DNA of 64,000 nt from Tricharina praecox (GCF_024521635.1 NW_026250434.1:124001-188000), one strand, 5' to 3'; numbered from the stretch's first letter, positions 49,135 through 63,163 are shown. Made by a program: numbers and translations. The notes: a model not told the origin generated them from the sequence alone.

Positions 49135-50382
49135 ATGGATTCCCATTTGGATAGACGGTATTCCACCCTTCACTCTCCGGCGGACAGTCAACCAAGTCAA
49201 TATTCCCTCCATACGCCGATTGAGCCCTCACGCAACCTCAACAACCCTTACTTCACCTCGCAATATACCGGCGATCCGGTTCCCGAGTCGCCAACACAAG
49301 AGCGCCCGCCGATGTCGTTCCCGCCGCCTCCAACCTCGCAGTACTCGGCCGATCAGTACCATGTTCAGCCGTCACAGGAGTTCGCGCCTCCTCCTCATCT
49401 TCCTCACCCTCCTCAGCAAAGACTGGGCACGCCACAGGATACACCAGGCCTCCCACCACTTCCCGGAGTCGAGACCTTTCAGATGACCGCGCCGCAGAAC
49501 ACGCGCTCACCGCCGCCGCCCTTCGAACAGCTCCAAGGCCTCCCACAGATGGATTACGACCAAGGCCAGCCCGAACAGCCGCGCTCACCCCCTCCAGCGT
49601 TCGATCCGCACGATCCCAACCCCATGGCGACAGCGCAGGCAGAGGGCCCCTCGGGGCGCTTCCGTTCAGCAGCGCCGGCGCCCCCGATGCCGATCCACGT
49701 CCCTTCGTACAATGCATCCGACAGCACAAGCCCGCAAACGCCGAAAACCCCCCACTACACGCCTGGCGCTGCAGCGGGTCCCAACGGCGGTATCCACGCG
49801 CCGGGACAAATCGGCCATCCGAACCAGCAACACGGCATGGAGAAGTATAGTCACGGCCTGTGCGACGGTTTCGGCGATATCTCGACATGTAAATATCCCT
49901 CTCCCGGGCGCGCAGAGGACTCTAGGGGATCATGGAAATGCTGACGTGAACGCGCATAGGTTGCCTGGGCTACTGGTGTCCCTGCATTCTGTACTCGCGA
50001 ACCTACCACCGCCTGAAGACGGTCCCGAACTCCAACATCAACGAGTTTAAATCTTGTAACAACCACTGCGGCATGTTCTGTCTGTTAGCGCCCGTATCCT
50101 GTAAGCCCCCTCCCTCCCCTCCTTACCCACCACCGCCACTAACACAAGCACATAGTCATCCTAACAACGCTGCAGCGCTCGCGCATCCGCGAAAACTACC
50201 GGCTCGAGGGCTCGATCGCAAACGACTGCATGAAGGCCTACTGCTGCTCGTGCTGCGCGCTGATCCAGGACGACCGCGAGGTTGCTCATCGCGAGGATGA
50301 GCGCAGGAGGTTTGCCGGACCTGGAAGCGGCGTCGTCGGCGATGGCGGGTATAGAAGACAGCCGACTATGATGTATCCGTGA
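49135..50382 (+). CDS. PLAC8 (DUF614) family Cys-rich protein with Pro-rich N-terminus; introns approx. 49889-49959 and 50102-50155
   Basis: YSHGLCDGFGDISTC|CLGYWCPCILYSRT, QRSRIRENYRLEGS..NDCMKAYCCSCCALIQDDREV. Confidence 0.88.
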
Positions 50383-51678
50383 GCGAGAGCGGGAGGGGGC
50401 TGTGGGCTGTGGGCGTGCTTTGCTTTTTTTGTCGGCCGAGACTGGGAGCGAAACCGAGACTGAGCTCGATTGGGGGAGCGGCCGGATTGGGGGAGCGGCC
50501 GGATATTCTTTTATTCTTTAATCTTGCTTTCTTTCTTTCTTTCTGCCAGGTTTGGGTGGGTGTATTTATGTATGTGTGCGTGTGTGTATGGGGAGCTTCC
50601 GCCGTAATCTTTCGGTTGGTTGGTTGGTTGGTTGGTTGGTGGGTGGGACAAAACGGGTATGGGACGGGCTCGGGATCGGCCTTTGGGAATGGAATTGTGG
50701 TGGAATTTGGAATTTGGAAAGTGGAGGGTTTTGGATGGATGGATGGATTGATACCACGGATTTCTTTTGTTTTTTCTTTTGTTTCTTTCATATTTCGGTA
50801 ATCTGGTGCAGGATATGGGATTAGGAATCATGACGGAGCGGAGGATCGGGGAATGGGGAAGGATTGTATTTCTAGTATTTATTCCCTAAGTAAGTAGGAT
50901 CACGGGATGGGATGGTATGGGATAGGACAGGATATGTAGGACGGGATTTGTAGGACGGGATGGGGAAGGCACGCAATGAAACCACGAATTCAACGGTTCA
51001 CGGACCGATGGGACTGGGTAGGACTGGGCAGGACTGGGCAGGAAGTGAAGTGCAAAGGGGTGTTGTTGGGTTTGGTTAGGTGTCTTTGTCTTTGGGTGTC
51101 GTTGAGTTGGGTTGGGTTGGCTGTCACTCGTGAACCGTGGTGGGATGAGGGATGATCGAAGTTCGAACCCCTCTGGCTATCTAGAGTACCTAGAGTATGG
51201 TACGACGACCCGAAGCCTGCTGCCCACGGTCCGATATGGGCCGATCGGTCGGACGGGACGGGACGGGGCGGGTGCCACGTGCCGACCGTCGACCGGGAAA
51301 TACTGGTAACATACTGTGGAAAGGTTGCCCGCTGCCGCCGACGACGATGCCGGGGGGTCGGAACTGGTGCCAGGAAGGTACATAAGGCGCCCGGTGGACA
51401 CTGGGCATGAAAATCATACCTGCGCACGCGGCGGATCAATAAAGTAGGTACCGTGGAATAGAAGTTATATCATACATTCACGCACGAACGAACGAACCGT
51501 CGCATCCTCAGGGCCTCAAGGTCGGGACTCGGGAGGGACTCGGAGGCGTAAGAAAGAAAAGAAAGAAAAAACCGAGTGTTCACTGCGCAGCCCGACCCAA
51601 CCCAAACCAAACCAAACCAACTAGAAAGCAGAAAAGAATGCAGAAAGCAGGAATCCCATCCCCAATCCTCTAGGTACT

Positions 51679-52892
51679 CTATGTATCCTTCGATTCTCGG
51701 CCTCGCACGCCATTCGCCACCCGCTCGGCCTCCGACTCCGGTGACTCCAGTAACTCCCCCTTCTCGACCTCCCCATTCTCCAGCTGCCGAAAGTTCCGCG
51801 CCACAGCGTCCATGATGTACTGGTGCGCCGTCATCCGCGGGTACTTCCCCAGCGGGCCGACGACCTCGACGTTCTTGTTGGCTTGGTTGAAGTAGCTGTG
51901 TTTTCTTCTGTCAGTAACGATGCATGTGTTGGGGTGGTGGTGGGGGGAGGTGGGAGGGGATGACGAGTACATACGCAACACTAAACCGCTCCTTCTGATT
52001 CTCCCCGACCTTCGGGCACCTTACACGATGAAAGAGGCTCTTGAAGCGATCATCGCTCCACGCCATGAGCATATCGCCAATATTGCACACAATCTCGCCT
52101 GTGACGGGTTCCACCGGAGTCCACGCGTCTCCATGTGCAAAGCTGGTATGTGCCTCCCTTCCCGGACACACCTCCAGCCCGGCCTCACCCGTGCGCTGAT
52201 ACAGCAGCGTTAAGCAGTCGAAGTCGGTGTGTGCGCCGGCGCGCCAGTACTCGGGCGGGAACGCGGTGCCGCTGATGTCGTGGTAGTGCAGCAGGCGCAG
52301 CGTGTTCTGTGCGCACGGGAGGTCGACACGGTGGCTGCGCGCGAAGTGGTCCGCCGCGAAGCCGAGCGCCTCCGCGAAGAAGCGCAGGATCGACTGCGAG
52401 AGGGCGTGCGTCTGCGACATGAAGCGCGCCATGGAGGCTTTTAGCTCCGGGGAGAGGTCGGTGTCCGACGGCCACGAGGCGTCGAAGCGCCGGTGGTATT
52501 GTAGCTGCAGGGACTCTTTTTGGTCCGGGAGACCGGTAGACGGCCGAATTTGGCTGCGGCTCTCCCAGCCGGTGTTTTCGCTCCGGATTAAGGGTGTCTT
52601 TGCTTTTACGGCCTCGGGGAGTGAGAAGAACGCTTTCCTGAGAAGCGACGGCGGTCAGATGAGTTCCGATCCGCGAGTGGTGCGGGGAGGGAACTTACGA
52701 GATGCTGAACATCTCCTCGATCTCGGCGGGAGTGGGCGACTCTTGGTCCACGAGCACGAAGAAGCCGATGTTTTCGGCTGCGTCGATGATCTGTCGGCCG
52801 ATCTCGGTCCGCCGTGTCGCGAAATCGTGCAGTGAGATCTTGGGGATCTTTCGGGGTTTCATTGTTGAGGCGGGGGGCTCGGAGATGGCCAT
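51679..52892 (-). CDS. 2-oxoglutarate/Fe(II)-dependent dioxygenase (IPNS/DIOX_N family); introns 52638-52698 and 51896-51974
   Basis: IPKISL..AAENIGFF, LRLLHY, AGAHTDFDCLTLL (HxD), NIGDMLMAWSDDRFKSLFHRV and the RxS motif ERFS. Confidence 0.93.
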
Positions 52893-55349
52893 CCCGATTT
52901 AGGTACTGGGTGTTATAGACGAGTGCGATGTTATGTGGGTTGGGTTGGGTTGTGTGATTTCGGTACGGGAGGTTGCAGACGAGTGCGAGGTGATGTATGG
53001 GTGTGTGGCCGACGATTTCAATGGAGCACGGCGATTCCGCAATAGCAAGGCCGTCTGCGACTGGGTTGGTGGATTGACGTAGGGAGGGGTGGTTGTAATA
53101 GTCGTTGTATGTGTGTGTGCGTGTGCGTGGGAGTGAGCAATAGGATCGAACCGATGAGCATCTATCTCCACTGCGGATCCGATGCAGTTCTTATAAAGCT
53201 CCGAGCGGCCTCGAGTGTGGGAAGGGCTCGCAGACGGCGCAAAACATGCTAGTTAGTGAGACCATGTGTTGCCATGGAGCACACACGCCCATCGCATCGA
53301 GTGGACCGGCACGCCGTCTGCGCAAGCACTGTTCCTGAGGGCGGGCATCGTATGCATGCACTCAGATATGTGTGTATCTCCTCCCTATCATTGCAAATGG
53401 CCGCGCATCTCCATCGCCATCAATATATTGTAAATAGTTATCAGCTACCTACGAATGATCCGGAAGATCGTCCATGCATGCTTGCTGCGTCTGTCCTACA
53501 TACCCCGGGCCTGTTGGGAATGGGATGGCTCGTCCCAGCACCCCGCACCTACCGCCGGCCATCTGCGAGCCCCGGCGTTATCCGAGGATTCGGCGGATGC
53601 AGATTGGCGCTCGGGGATCTGCGAGGTGGTGGTATGGATTGGGCTCAGTGTCGCTTTCTTGCTGACCCGCCAGCGCGCAGAGCTGGGAGGGACATGGGCA
53701 GTTTTTTATTGGGTTCACTTTGTTATCGCACGTGGATTTGGGGGGGGGGCCTTGGAGTCTTGGGCTTGGACTTGGAGTCGTCGGGCCTTGGGTGTGTCCG
53801 GTTAGGTTGCACGACCACAAGCGAGATGGTGAGTTGAGGGTCCATCGGCGTGTGCCGCGGGCTTGGAATCCTGGATACGGCCTTAGGCACGCTTGGATAC
53901 TAGTGCGTGGATGCTAGCACTCCCGATGGAAGTCGAAGCACCCCCGATGGAAGACCAAAAGAAGTGATCTCCGCTCCGTCGCGCGTTGGCGGCGAGCCGG
54001 GCGCCCGGAGCGCGCAACAGACATACATCATGCCGCCGGCCGCCCTCCGCTCGCCCGCGAAACACGCAGCGCATCGACGCCGACTTCCGTCTGTATCTAG
54101 AGTACGTGGTTGCGCTGAGCAGTGCTTCAGTCCCTGTAGCCAGCCAAGCCAGCCAAGCCAGTCTGCCACAATGCAGGTTCGGTTCAGTTCAGCTTCAGCT
54201 CCAGCCGAGCTTCGAGCGGCAAGCCCAGAGCGAACGAAGCCTACCTCTACACACATCATACATGGGAATCCATGGCGAGTGCGCGGCGCTACACTTCAGC
54301 GGGTTAGATAATACCACGGTAATAGTTCTTGCAAGTTGCCACTTCAAACTTGGGCTTTGGAATACTACAGAGTTTTAACGATCGTATTTTCTAAACGACG
54401 TTGCGCCGAACGCTCAGCGTGCTTTTGAACCGACGTAAGCTCGAGTTTGTGTGGTAGCTTCAAGATACGGTGTCGTGCCGAACAGGGCCGTAATAATCAT
54501 ACATAAATGGACCCTGCCGTGCAAGTGCAAGTGCGACTGGAGTCTGGCAGTGATTGGTGACGATAACCCGAGGGCGGGGAAACGTTGGAACTTGGTGCTG
54601 CCTGGCGAAAGTCCCTCGGGCAACGACTCTGCCGGAAGCACAGCTTCAGATGCAACTACGAGTTATATACACTGGTACGTTACGACGACGGTTTGTTGGA
54701 GATGCGATTGCACAAGCTCCCCGGGTAGCTGATGCCGTATCTACCGTGTGCATATGTACAGATCTGAACTTCCGAAGCGGGCATCCGCGATATCAATACT
54801 CTGCTGTGCGGTATGTACCGGTAGGTAGATTCCGTGCTCGGACAAGGCCGATGGCTCGCGAGTTTCGACTTACTCTGCGTTCGGCTTTTGCGATGCGTCC
54901 TGGGATCGTGACGGTCATCATCATTCTCACTCGTGACTGCTGCATAAACGAACACGAATCGCATGCTTTTCTTAGTCACCTACACATCCTGGAATTATTG
55001 ACTGACTATCGCTCGTCTTTGGTTCCTGTATACTACTATATACGGTAGTACATACAATCCATAATGCTGCTCGTGACCGCAGACCGTCGCCAATCAGACC
55101 CGTCCCTCCGTCTCGATGGTTTTGGATGGGTTCTGTCGAGGTCATCAGGGCGTCGGAACGTTCCGCTAGATTGCGCCCTCCTCTAAAGCACCAGTTAGCG
55201 TGACCTTACTAATTACCCGCCATTCTTCCCTTTCTCAGTTTCAACCATGCAAGTCTAGTTGCAACCCCCCAAAGCAACTTGTTGCTCCGCTTCCACCGCT
55301 AATAACTACCACCACCAAACTTCCACGTCATTCCCACACACCCGCAAAG

Positions 55350-57871
55350 ATGGCGCACTACAGCAATCGAACTTCACCCGCACACGAGGCCGACGACGAC
55401 GACTACAGAGACTACGACCGAGGCCGGGACTGGGACCGGGAGCGCGATCGGGACCCTGGCCGTGATTCCTACGAGCCGTATCAGCCGCACGACCGTTCCT
55501 CTCGTCTGGCACAGGCGCAGGACCCCCGGGGGTATCACCACTACCCGAGAGACCACCACCACAACCACCACCACCAGAGCCACCGTCCGCGCCCCAGGTC
55601 CCGGTCGCGGTCCCCTCGCGCACAGCGCGGCCCCAGGAGCTCCGACTCTCGTGGCTACTACGATCGCGACGCTCCCCAGGACCGCAGCCGCAGTCGGACG
55701 CCGCCGGAGAGATTCCTGTCGAGGGATGTGATCATCGAAGGATTTGGAGCAGAGGTGCAAGATGATGACGTTGTTACCCCTATCTACCCACCGTTACCAC
55801 CCGCACACACCCGCACACACTCAGTCTCAAATGCAGTGTCAACATTGCCTTCCTTTGCATTACCCCCACATCCACGTTTTGCTTGCTGGGACAGTTTTGC
55901 TGAAAGAGGGATTGCGAGGACCCGTGGCGGCGTGGCCCGCCAGGGTTGCGTGATTTGGAATGCATACAGATTATGAGAGAACTTGTTGAGGAACTTCGAT
56001 TGACGGGAATTGAGAAGGTCACCCTCATAAGAGACCGCAAGACTGGTAATTGATCTCTTTGTGTCGTCCGCTGTGCACTGCTCGACCGGGCTGACTCTCT
56101 CCCCCGTGCAGGAGTATCGAGAGGATTCGCCTTCATTCATTTCACTACAACTGCCGACTCTTCGGCATTCGTGGATACCTTTGGACCTTCTGTCCGGATT
56201 GGGGATGACAGATGTCGGGTCGCTTTTTCGAGGGAGCGGGAAGGACGCAGGCGAGATGACGACGGAGAGGAATGGCGATGTCGAGTAGTACGTCCTCCTC
56301 CGCCGCCACCTCCACCACCTCCACCTCCACCACCTCCACCTCCACCACCGCCACTACCACAGTGTACGCTTTACTACGTATGGTCTGTTGATTCGTGTTG
56401 CAGTGTCTACTAGTCAACTATCCGCGACGCCAGGAGTGCTTCCGTTGTTCGACCCCGAGATCAGGTTTGTAGTCTGTCCAAAATCCTGCGATTGCCAACT
56501 CACATGGCTGCAGAGGTCACTCTCACAGGCACTCTGACGCATCCAACACCTACGTACTTCACCAACGACGGCGAGAGAGACATGGCTGCTTCGCCACCAT
56601 CGCAGTTCCTTCTCTTCCGCAACCTTGAGGCTGGCGTCAACGAGGAACTTTTGGCCAAGGGCGTCATGAAGTTGGCCACACCAGCCTCTCCTACCGGAGC
56701 TGCGGAAAGTTCCATCAAGCGGGTGCTACTGGTGCGCGATCGTCGGACGAACGAGTCGTGGCGCTATGGGTTTGCCGAGTTCTCGACGCCACAGGAAGCA
56801 CAGAAGGCCTTCAGGGTGTATGAGACCACAGAAAAGTTCACCATCAGCTCGAAGCCAATCGCAATCTCGTACATCCACCCCGGAGTGTTCGTGCCGGTAT
56901 ACAACGCACCGAACGAGGCGGAGCGATTCACGTTCCTGCCGCTCACCCCCGTAGGCGGTGGTATGAGATTGGCCTACTGGGATGAGGAGGGATACGTGAG
57001 CGAGCTGGTACTCAACACTGCGGAGGAGAATCCGCAGGGTGAAGAAACCAAAGAAACCGCGGCCGGTGAGAAGAAGTCCAAGAAGCGGAAAGCAGAGGTA
57101 GCACCTGGCGGCTCCGCGGCCGAAAGACTCGCGGCCAAAAAGGCGACACTACCAGCGCATCTACAGTTCTGGCAGAACCGTCATTCGGAGCTGCACGGTG
57201 GCCGTCCCAAGGCCGCGAACCAAGCCGCGAATGCCGCCGGCACGGAGGGCGGCGAAGGCAGCCCCGCCGCATCAACGCAGGGCAAGGAAGAGAACAGGGG
57301 CCCGCAAGAGTCCTTCGCGGATCTAAAAAAACTCGCCTGTCTCCTCTGCTCGCGCATGTTCAAGACTGCCGAGAAGCTGCACCAACACGAGCGCGTCTCG
57401 GACCTGCACGCCACAAACCTTGGCAACCCGACGCTCTGCGAAACGGCGCGCAAGAAGCTGCCCAAGAACACTACTACCACCGCCGCTGCTTCTTCCTCTT
57501 CGGAATACCGCGACCGCGCCAAAGAGCGCCGACAGGCCTTTCCCTCCACCGTCCCCACCACCAGCAACGCCCAGAAGAAGAAATCCAAGACCTCGCCGCC
57601 GGCCGAGGCGGCCGAAGCGCCACAGCAAAATAAGGGCGCGGCGCTCCTCGGGAAGATGGGCTGGACGCAGGGACAGGGCCTTGGCGCTACCGGCGAGGGC
57701 CGCACGGATCACGTCGTGGCGGAAATGTATACCGCGGGCGCGGGACTGGGCATGAAGGGGGCGAAGGTGGGCGATGTTGAGGAGGCCGCGAAGTCTGGTG
57801 GCGGTGGCTATCAGGAGTTTGTTAGGAAGACGAAGGAAAGGGCGAAGGAGAGGTATGTTGAGATGGAGTAG
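55350..57871 (+). CDS. RBM5/RBM10-like RNA-binding splicing regulator (RRM, RanBP2 zinc finger, RRM, C2H2 finger, G-patch)
   Basis: RS/RD-rich N-terminus, LIRDRKTG.SRGFAFIHF, WRCRVC..NYPRRQECFRC, CLLCSRMF...HERVSDLH, YRDRAKERR and GAALLGKMGWTQGQGLG. Confidence 0.88.
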
Positions 57872-58742
57872 CATGGAGCGTGACGGGGCTTTGACGGGGC
57901 TTTGATCAAGGCTTGCACGCTGTGCGCCTGGGGCGAAGGTATCTACTTACATACTATCTATATACTCGCGAGGAGTGGGCGGGTTGTATTGCACATAGTT
58001 CATAGTTCATGCTGCCGTGTTTCGTAAATTGGTAGTTCCGAATCGTGCGTTTCGGTCAGTAGGCTGAGTATTTACATGGATCGATGTAGATACGTTGGAA
58101 GTGAAGCCGAGTGATAGCACCATGCATACGTGTGTCCATCAACTCTGAGCTTCCGCCCAGTAGGTATTGGTCATGTGTCTTAAATATGGATTCAAGTTCT
58201 GCTTCACGAGGACTGCTTTATTTTGAGAATGAATGGCAGACTAGACGCTGTTAAAGATTCATCGCCTCCGTCTTCTACCGTACCTACCGTAGTTGTGGAG
58301 ACCGCCATTCAGCCTGTCTCAACCTCCATCGTTGCTGCTGCCAGTAACTAACCTCCATTTTCACAGGCGCTGGACGCCTTGCAGGTATCTACTCCCTACT
58401 ATAGTAAAATTTATGCCGCCGGGCATCGTCTGGTCTGGTCTGGTCTGATCTGATCTGCGGGCGGGCGACAACCGTCAGTCAACGCATAAGCATAAAAGCA
58501 TAATCCAACAGCCGCCGTTATCCTCCCCCGCCCCCGCCAGCTACCACATACATCAGCGGTCGGAAAAAGTGGGGGATGAATACCCAGGGCGGTTACATAA
58601 CCTGCCACAACTGATACGATGGCAAACCTCCCCTTCCCATTCCTCTTCGAACTGAAGCAGAAAAACATAAACCTCTCTCCCTTTCCTTTGAAAAGAAATG
58701 AAAGGAAAAAGGAAAAAGGAAAAAGGAAAAAGCAAAAAACAG

Positions 58743-58842
58743 CGTCAACGACAAGATTCGAACTTGCGCGCCCGAAGGCATCCGCTGAGCTCTCCGTAAT
58801 CGGAATAGCAGGCGAACGTGTTAACCACTCCACCACGTTGAC
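58743..58842 (-). tRNA. tRNA-Ser(GCT) with a 19-nt intron (58787-58805)
   Basis: Acceptor stem GTCAACG/CGTTGAC, D-arm GTGGAGTGGTTAACAC, anticodon arm TTCGC-CTGCTA[intron]A-GCGGA, long variable arm GCCTTCGGGC, T-arm CAAGTTCGAATCTTG, and a T-run terminator just downstream. Confidence 0.95.
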
Positions 58843-60445
58843 TGGTTACTAGTCACACATTGTGTATGGGATCTGACCCAATTTATCAAGGAGTAGGAAG
58901 CGTCGGATCGGTGGATGCCCGTGGATCCTCGCGGACGAACGCAAAGGTCATGTGATTTGAAATCGGTTAGCAAGACGATGTCACCGTTTCGAGACGCAAT
59001 CACAATCACAATCACCAGCAGCTGGCAGAAATAAAACGTTCTGGGTGGAAAACTGGATTGCGGTCGTTTTTGGCCGAGCAGGGCACCCAAACGGGCGCAG
59101 GAGATACTCGCCAAACTTCAGAGAATGCAAATGCAAATGCAAATGCACTGCTGCAATGATGCACTTGCACTGCGACTGCTACTGCTGCTGCTGTATGTAC
59201 AATACATACTTGCACTGCGCACTGCGCCGTACGCGCCCGAAGTTGCGCGTTACTCTGGAATCTGGATGGATACATATCCCCAGTCACCCGCGCAGCCACT
59301 GTGCCACATTTTCTGACGGGGAGTCGTGATGTGATGGGAAGTGATGAGACCATTGGGATGGGATGGGATGGAAGTGCAAGTGCGAGTTTGTTTGTTTGTT
59401 TGTTCGGCGCAGCTTACCGGCGGGAGGGAGGGAGGCCCTTGGAGGGAAGTGAAGGAAGGGGAGTTCCGAGTTTCGGGGCGGAATTATGTTTGCTGCAGGT
59501 GTAAAATTGAACGAATTCGAGGTGCAGAAGCTTCGGTTGTTCTCACCCTGGTACCTGCAGAGAATATCGTATAATATTACAGATTGGGAATTAATGATAT
59601 TAAATTCGACATTGCGGGAGGGGATCGCACGGGCTTTTGCTAAGATGGGCCAATAGGCGGTGAGACTGGTTGGACTGGCTGGACTGGCTGGAGAAAGTCG
59701 CCGGGATCGGTCTGGAGAGCTGCCGCTTGCGGTTGGGTTGGTGCAGACAGCTAGGTAGCCCGGCCCAAGTGCTTTGGGTCCGTCCGCCGCCGTCGCCGCG
59801 AGTTTGCCCAGCAAGCAAGCAGCAAGCAGCAATCAAGCCCTCCCTCCCCCTCCGCACCACCACTGCCACCACCACCATCGTTAAGGGTAATGGCAGACCG
59901 GACTCGTCCCTCGCAGATCATCTTCTTCGGCACTCGCCCCATGCTACTAGTGGAGTAGAGTACGTAGATGCTCTAACTACCCCTTCGAAAGGAGAGAGAG
60001 AACCGAACCGAACTGTCTGGCATCCCTTCACGCTCACGCCTGGAGAATTTCCTCTCCTCTCTCCCCGATCGCCCCATCCCACCCGGTCGGTAGCTGGACT
60101 TTGTTGACGGGAGGAAAGCGAAGCCGTCATCCATCATCCCCTCCCTTGTTGCCTGCTGCTCTGCTTTCCTTGTCCTCGCGTTCTACGGTACTATACTGCC
60201 GCCGCCTTCCTGCTGGCTGGCTATAGTACACCGGGGTTCGGCGGCACAATAGGTAGTAGGTAGGAGGTTCTAGTTGATTTCGTGCGCCTCCCGCCTCGGG
60301 GATTCTGTTCTTCTGCTGCAGCCAAGGTCTGCGGTTTCCCCTTCACGAGCCCTGTTTTGCCTATAATAAGTATCCCCAGCCAGCCAACCGTGCGGATTTG
60401 GGAATCGAGCCCGAGCTGCTGGATCATAACTGCGACAAGTTGACC

Positions 60446-62142
60446 ATGTCTGTCTGCAGCGCCGTCTCCGACTCCGTCCCCGCCGCTGCTGCTGCTGCTC
60501 GTCCTGCTGCTGCATCGACGTCTTCCCTAGCCCTGCCTATCACTCATCTCCAAGCAATCACGCGGCAGGCAACCCGGTCTCCTGTCACGCCAGATTCTCC
60601 TACTTACCCATCGTTTACTGCTGCCGTTGCCGTGTCGAGAAACGCGACATCCACATCACGACGAGAGGCGCGAGACATGTCGAACGTTACCAAGCAGATG
60701 CACACGATACCGGGCACACCAGCGGGGTCGGGATCAGAGTCGGAGCCGGAGACGTCGGAGCCACCACCGCCGCCGCCGCCGCTGCTGCCACTGCCCCCCA
60801 TTCCCACCGGAGCGGTGCCCGCCTCCCGCACGGCATCCACGGCCGTAGTCGCCGCCGCAGCTGCAGCGGCCGCTACTGCCGCCAGCGCAACAACAAAAGC
60901 GAACTCCACTCTCCCGCGCAAAGCCCATTACGCGCAGACTCCCGAACAGGTGTTGCACACCATCCGGGACCGCTCCCGCGAGCACTATCAGCGGCTGCTG
61001 CGCGAGCGCCCCTCCGTCCCGCTACTTTCCACCGATGGCTACCAGCAGCAGCAGCAGCAGCGCTCGCATGTCCCCCACCACCAACACCACCATCAACACA
61101 CCATGTCGATGCGCTCGCGCTCGGGCTCGACCAGATCTGCGCCCGCGGGTCCCTGCATCACCATCGTGAGCGGCAAGGGACGCACCGTGCATCAGGTAGC
61201 TGCAGCGCCCGATGTGCCCACGGTTCCTACGCGCTACGGCAGGGTGCCGACGCCGGTCGGCTGTTTGCCGGGGACCGGGGGTTTGCGGATTGAAGACTGG
61301 GCCATCTTTGGTGGGCCGTCGGAATCGCGCGGTGAGCGCCCGCGCTGGGAGTTGCCCGAGAATTGTTTCAATGGGGAGGAGGGTGGGAATGGTGCTGGTG
61401 CTGGCGGTGGTGGGGGGGGAGGGGCGGCGAGAAGGAAGAAGGTCCCACCTGGAGGTGCTGCTGGTGCGAATGGTGGTTCGATCTTGACCGAAATGCGCCA
61501 GAAGGTTAAGAGCATGATCAAGGGCCTGCACGTCAACGTGTCCATTTCGTTCGGTGAAAAGGGGACTACGGGTGGTGGCGGCGGCGGCGGCTGCGTTGAG
61601 GACCGTGAAATACCTCGCCAGACACGGCGGGAGATGACGCTGCGGATCAAGAACAGCAAGACCGGGAGCTGCGTATACGAGATGTTTGTTTGCTCCTCCC
61701 CTCCATCCCCGTCGCCGGGGGCACGTCACGTTGACATATATTTTCCGCGGCGCACAGACTACGGCACGAGGATTCCAAAGACGAGATCCTAACGCCGCTC
61801 GAGGACCTCCGCGCCCTCTTCCCGTACAGCAAGAAGCTGCAGCGCGATCTCGTCGAGTGGAACCGGCACTACCAGAACCCGCCGCAGCACTGGGTCGTCA
61901 ACTTCATCCCCCGCGCGTATCTAAAGCGTGGCTATAAGCTCGGCGAGGAGCTGTGCGAGTACTTCATGCAGCATCCGGACGGCTGCCAGTATAGAGTCGA
62001 GTACGAGCCCATCGGCCACGCTTACTGCCACGTCGGCACGGTTGTCCCGAGGAATCGCAGGAAGTCTAGGAGGGGCGGCGATATGTGGTGGGAGGGTGGC
62101 CGCGAGAAACATATCGACTTTTCGGATTCAAATGCTCGGTGA
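60446..62142 (+). CDS. Hypothetical protein: low-complexity N-terminus with a globular C-terminal domain; intron approx. 61684-61758
   Basis: The long ORF continues after a GTTTGT...TTGAC...CAG intron into an open frame (LRHEDSKDEILTPLEDL...WVVNFIPRAYLKRGYKLGEELC...) ending at TGA 62142. Confidence 0.7.
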
Positions 62143-62470
62143 CATGAGACTTAGCCGTTGAGACGGTTCGTTAATGCTGGAGAATCGTTGGTGGACGGGC
62201 GAGATACAGGAATCCAAGATGGTGCCCCACATAATGGAGAGGTGGAGGAAGGAATGGTACAAGTGGGCATTTGGATGGGACTGGATTGGATTGGATGATG
62301 GTATGTACGAGTGATGATCTAACGGCAACGGTTTTCTTTTTTTAACTTAATTCCCTTTTCCTTTCTCTACCTTTATAGCTATCATAGTAGTTTTGCTCAA
62401 TTTCGTAGTACGGTACTTGTTACATTTCTTTAGGAGTATTTAGTGGTTGGTCTGTGGGGGTGTACGGGGC

Positions 62471-62471
<1 letters not shown>

Positions 62472-62503
<32 letters not shown>
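62472..62503. repeat. (GTT)n microsatellite
   Basis: Directly visible. Confidence 0.95.
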
Positions 62504-62504
<1 letters not shown>

Positions 62505-63163
62505 GGGAGGTGCGGGGTTTTCTCCTTTCCTTTGTTCTTCTTTTCCTTTTCTTTGCTTTTCGTCCGGGAAAGGTGTGCTTTGTATTTGGTTTTTTACGCT
62601 GGGGCGATTGCGCTGGAGATTCGAGAGGCGCATGTATTCTACTTTTATATATTCTAATGGTGATCAGCGATTAATGTCTATTCAAATTCCTCTTTGTTCT
62701 AAGTATTCCTTTTGAATGATAATTACTTCAATGCTATACGGTACTTCAACGGGCATCTGTCCGCAGAAAACGACCTCAACATTCGAGGTTCTGATCTTTT
62801 TTTTTTGTAGACATACCTAGCAATAGTATGAAACTATGTTTCAGGGTCAATGCGGAGGGTGAAAGGGGAACGGAACTATGATGTATTGTGGGACCCTAAG
62901 TAGGGCTGAGGACAATTCCCATCGCGATTGCCGACTCACTGTTGCCCCAGGGCCGCAGGGCGGGCTCGACCGCCCTGTCCTGTTCGGTTCATTCCGGTAG
63001 GTTCGAAGGTTCGAAGGCTCGAAGCGAGTGACAGGTTGAGATAACTATGATAGGTAGTGGCTGGCGCCACTATGTGGCGTGGCTGCGGAGTGGTATTCAC
63101 ACTGCACACTGCACTAGTATATAACCGGTAGTTGGTGCATCCTCTAATCGCGGATCTGACCTA

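Noticed and set aside
51679..52892. 2OG dioxygenase as part of a secondary-metabolite cluster
   Set aside because: No PKS, NRPS, terpene synthase, transporter or cluster regulator nearby.
53256..55048. Several overlapping 100-190 aa ORFs
   Set aside because: GC-rich intergenic region between divergent genes, with no coherent exon structure or domain.
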